64,000 nt of DNA from Mobula hypostoma (lineage: Eukaryota), in contig NC_086097.1 in NCBI RefSeq assembly GCF_963921235.1, positions 33,978,001 to 34,042,000 of the forward strand, given 5' to 3'. This document shows positions 60,226 through 64,000 of this stretch, piece by piece. Position numbers and translations under genes: made by a program. Every line of letters starts with the position of its first letter. Position 1 is the first letter of the stretch. The notes beneath the pieces are model-generated. The model saw nothing but the letters and a program-made list of their open reading frames with translations. It did no database searches and had not been told where the DNA came from.

Positions 60226-61378
60226 TAGAGAGGTAGCCAGCTGAGAACTGTAGAGTACTGAGGGAATCCATGCAGAAGATTATTGATCAAAGGTTGACGC
60301 AATAAAATTTTGGAGAATAAAAGTAAATTTGTTCCAAATAATTACAGCTCAGGAAAATTGTATATTTTTACATGCTACTAAATTGTACTGCATGTGTATT
60401 ATAGAAAACATTATGAACATTTCAATGGTTATCTTTTGGAGCACTGGAATAATACTATACATAATTCCACAAGTCTCAAAGGAGCTAGTCAGTTCTCTTG
60501 GCAAGAAGTTCATAAGAAGAAGCAAATTTTATTTTTAGTAACTGTCAGCTTTTTTTTTACCTTTGATTGGTGAGGCGAACAATGCTTGCTGCTGTCTTTG
60601 AGAAATGATCATCTTAACTATTTTAACAATCACCTTATCCATGTCAATTGGATAAGAATTCTAATTAATTCTTGAGGTCTTCAACATCAGAAGTGCAAAA
60701 CAATTAATTCAAAGCCTACAATAAACATTCAGACAAAAATTATATTTTTATGTAAGGCATTACTTCACAAGAATACCAAAGTAGTGAGATAGGATTTGCA
60801 TTGTAAATTGCTGTTGGTTACTTATTGTGATTTAAATTGGGTGCATTGGGAGTTATGTTGCATAATCTGAAATGAAATCTTTTTTGGCAGCATTTTAATC
60901 ATGACCGGTAAGCAACGAGCAGGCAGCCAAATAGTGTCCTTTGTTCTAATGAAATGATACAGTCCAGCATTGAAAATGGTAGTGCACTAATTACCCTCAT
61001 TTCCCCAACTCCTAGTGCAGCCACCATCCATCAGTTTTGCTGGAACCAGCAGATAACAAGAAACTGAGGGTACAAAAAGTGGTTAGAAATATTAACCTCA
61101 GGCCTTCAGTTGAAAGGGGCTGGGAATATTTCAGTGAGGAAAGTGGTGACACGTTCTGTGCAGCAGGCATGAACACACAACCCTTCACGGCCAGGCGGGT
61201 GTTCATCATTCAGAATCTGAAGTCCAGTAGTCTGAAAGGCCCAAAGCTGTGTGGACACACACAGGCCTGACTTCACCATGTGCATACAGGCTCTTGTCCA
61301 CATATGCATGTGAGTGTCTGAGTTCATATGTGGTCCTGTTTATGTATGCATGTGTGGACCTGTTTGTGAATGATCTAG

Positions 61379-62900
61379 GAATCAGAATCAGGTTTAATAT
61401 CCCTGCCATACATCATGGAATTTGTTGTTTTGAGGCAGCAGTTCAGTGCAATACATTAAAAAAAATTATAAATAAAAAAAGACGGAAAATTAAATTAAAT
61501 ACAGAGTGCTAAAGTAAAGCAAAAAATGGTGAGGAAGAAGTGGTTCCTAAAACGTTGAGCATGTGTCTTCAGGCCCCTATACCTCCTCCTTGACAGTAGC
61601 AATGTGAAGAGGGCATGTCCTGGATGACAGGGGTCCTAAATGATGGTTGCCACCTTTTGGAGGCATTGCCTTTTGAAGTGTCCTTGAGTTACCGTCCATG
61701 ATGGAGCTGGCTGAGTGTGCAACCCCCTTGCAGTTTTCCCTGACCCTGTGCAGTGGGCCCTCCAGAACAGACAGCGATGCAACCAGTTTCAGAGATCTCC
61801 ACGGTACATCTGTAGAGATTTGTGAGTGTCTTTGGTGACACACCTGATCTAGTCAAACTCCTAAGGAAATATAGCCGCTGCCATGCCTTCTTTGTAATTG
61901 CATCGATATGTTGGGCCCAGGATAGATCTTCAGAGACGTTGACACCAGAAACTTGCAACTGCTCACCTTTTCCATTGTTGATTCCTCGATGAGGACTGGT
62001 ATGTGTTCCCTCGACTACCCCTTCCTGCAGTCCACAATCAAAAGCTTGATCTTACTGACAACGAGTGCAAGGTTGTCATTGTCACACCACTCCACCAGCA
62101 GATCTATCTTGCTTCCTCATCACCATCTGAAATTCTGCCAACAATAGTTGTGTCCTTTGCAAATTTATAGATGTCACTTGAGCTGTGCCTAGTCACCCAA
62201 TCGTGGGTGCAGAAAGAGTAGATCAATACTCTAAGCATGTATCCTTGAGGTGCACCAGTGTTGATTGTCAATGAGGAGAAGATGTTATTTCCAATCTGCA
62301 CAGACTGTGGTCTCACATTGATGAAGTCAAGGATCCAGTTTCACAGGGAGGTACAGAGGCTCAGGTTTTGAAGGTTGTTGATCAGTATCAAAGGTATGAT
62401 GTATTATACGTTGAGCTGTAATCAATAAACAGATGCATGATGCATGTTTTTCTGTAGGCCTGGTGGTCCAAGGCCAGGTGTAGAACCAATAGATTGAATT
62501 GGCTGTAGACCTATTGTGATGATAGGTAAATACAGCTGGTCCAGTTCCTTGCTCAGACAGGAATTTATTCTGGCCATGACCAACCTCTCAAAGCACTTAT
62601 TACAGTAGATGTGACTGCCACTAGGTGACAGTCGTTGAGGCAGCTCACTGCGCTTTTCTTTGGAACTGGTATCATATTGTGCTCTTGAAGTGGTGGGAAC
62701 CTCTGACTGAAGCAGTGAGAGGTTGATGATGTCCTGGAAAACTTCCACTAGTTGGTTGGCACAGACTGTCAGAGCTCTACCACGCACACCATCAGGGTCT
62801 GACGCTTTGCGAGGGTTCACCCACTTGAAAGATGCTCTGACATCAGCCTGCGAGAGAGAGATCAAATGTTGCCAGATGCTGCTGGGATTTGGACAGGTGT
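61379..62900 (-). mobile_element. Rex-like LINE, degenerate RT
   Basis: DVRASFKWVNPRKASDPDGV, NTGAPQG, KKAWQRLYFLRSL; (attctg)n tail. Confidence 0.85.
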
Positions 62901-62903
62901 AAC

Positions 62904-64000
62904 AGAAAACCTACAGCACATTATAGGCCCTTCGGCCCACAATGCTGTGCCAAACATGTCCCTACTTTAGAAATTACCTAGGGTTACCCATAGCCCTCTA
63001 TTTTTCTAAGCTCAATGAACCTATCCAGGAATCTCTTAAAAGACCCTATCATATCTGCCTCCACTACCGTCGTTGGCAGCTCATTCCATGCACTCACCAC
63101 TTTCTGCGTAAAAAACTTACCCCTGACATCTCCTCTGTACCTACCTCTAAGCACCTTAAAACTGGGCCCTCTCCTGTTAGACCTGGGAAAAAGCCTCTGG
63201 CTATCCACATGATCAATGCCTCTTATCATCTTATACACCTCTATCAGGTCACCTCTTATCCTCCGTCGCTCCAAGGAGAAAAGGCCGAATTCACTCAACC
63301 TATTCTCATAAGGCATGCTCACCAATCCAGGCAACATCCTTGTAAATCTCCTCTGCACCCTTTCTATGGTTTCCATGTCTTTCCTATAGTGAAGAGACCA
63401 GAACTGAGCACAGTACTCCAAGTAGGGTCTGACCAGGGTCCTATATAGCTGCAACATTACCTCTCAGCTCTTAAACTCAATCCCACGATTGATGAAGGCC
63501 AATACACCATATAACTTTTTAACTACAGAGTCAACCTGTGTAGCAGCTTTGAGTGTCTTATGAATTCAGACCCCAAGATCCCTCTGATCCTCCACACTGC
63601 CAAGAGTCTTACCATTAATATCCTGCCATCATATTTGACCTACCAAAAGGAACCACCTCACACTTATCTGGGTTGAACTCCATCTGCCACTTCTCAGCCC
63701 AGTTTTGCAACCTATCAATGTCCCACTGTAACCTCTGACAACCTGTCACACTATCCAAAACACCCCCAACCTTTGTGTCATCAGCAAATTTACTAACTTA
63801 TCCCTCCACTTCCTCATCCAGGTCACTTATAAAAATCAGAAAGATAACGGGTCCCAGAACAGATCCCCGAGGCACACCACTGGTCACCGACCTCCAGGCA
63901 GAATATGACCCATCTATAACCACTCTTTGCCTACTATGGGCAAGCCAATTCTGGATCCACAAAGCAATGTCCCCTTGGATCCCATGTCTCCTTACTTTCT
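62904..64000 (-). mobile_element. CR1 3' part (continues beyond window), same subfamily as 39974-41708
   Basis: ORF 62984-63457 LYRTLVRPYLEYCAQFWS; 3' UTR is the reverse complement of ~41580-41697. Confidence 0.92.

Noticed and set aside
61010..61360. GC-richer block with short ORFs, considered as an exon
   Set aside because: No NCKX similarity in the listed frames and no convincing splice sites; probably an unclassified repeat.
57970..64000. Upstream SLC24A4 exon (EFPxDLF...GAVLLH)
   Set aside because: Not found by eye; probably beyond position 64000.

Overview
Eukaryotic (vertebrate) genomic DNA. The repeat families (CR1, Rex/Babar-like, Penelope-like, V-SINE/HE1-like) suggest a cartilaginous fish, probably a ray; this is inference only. 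The window lies inside one minus-strand gene, a K+-dependent Na+/Ca2+ exchanger, most likely SLC24A4/NCKX4. Six consecutive phase-compatible coding exons (75, 85, 104, 75, 26, 54 nt) have GT-AG boundaries; the gene start and end are outside the window. Almost all of the rest is intronic transposon sequence: CR1 LINEs (one nearly intact), Rex-like and RTE LINE fragments, Penelope-like elements, SINEs, Tc1/Tigger/hAT-type MITEs and two Gypsy-type LTR elements. The most unusual feature is a complete 2.17-kb non-autonomous LTR element (23399-25567: two LTRs, tRNA-Leu PBS, PPT, 5-bp TSD) with no pol. Its gag runs in frame into two captured host coiled-coil fragments that I recognise as Rabaptin-5 (RABEP1) and CIN85 (SH3KBP1), both endocytic adaptors. 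Also notable: an ~3-kb tandem duplication apparently made by unequal crossover between two old CR1s, which carries a 191-nt near-identical block; a 1.5-kb inverted Penelope-like insertion near a 26-nt microexon; and a 34-bp-stem intronic hairpin. All homology calls are from reading and recall, not database searches. Repeat boundaries are approximate unless a TSD or TIR is quoted.
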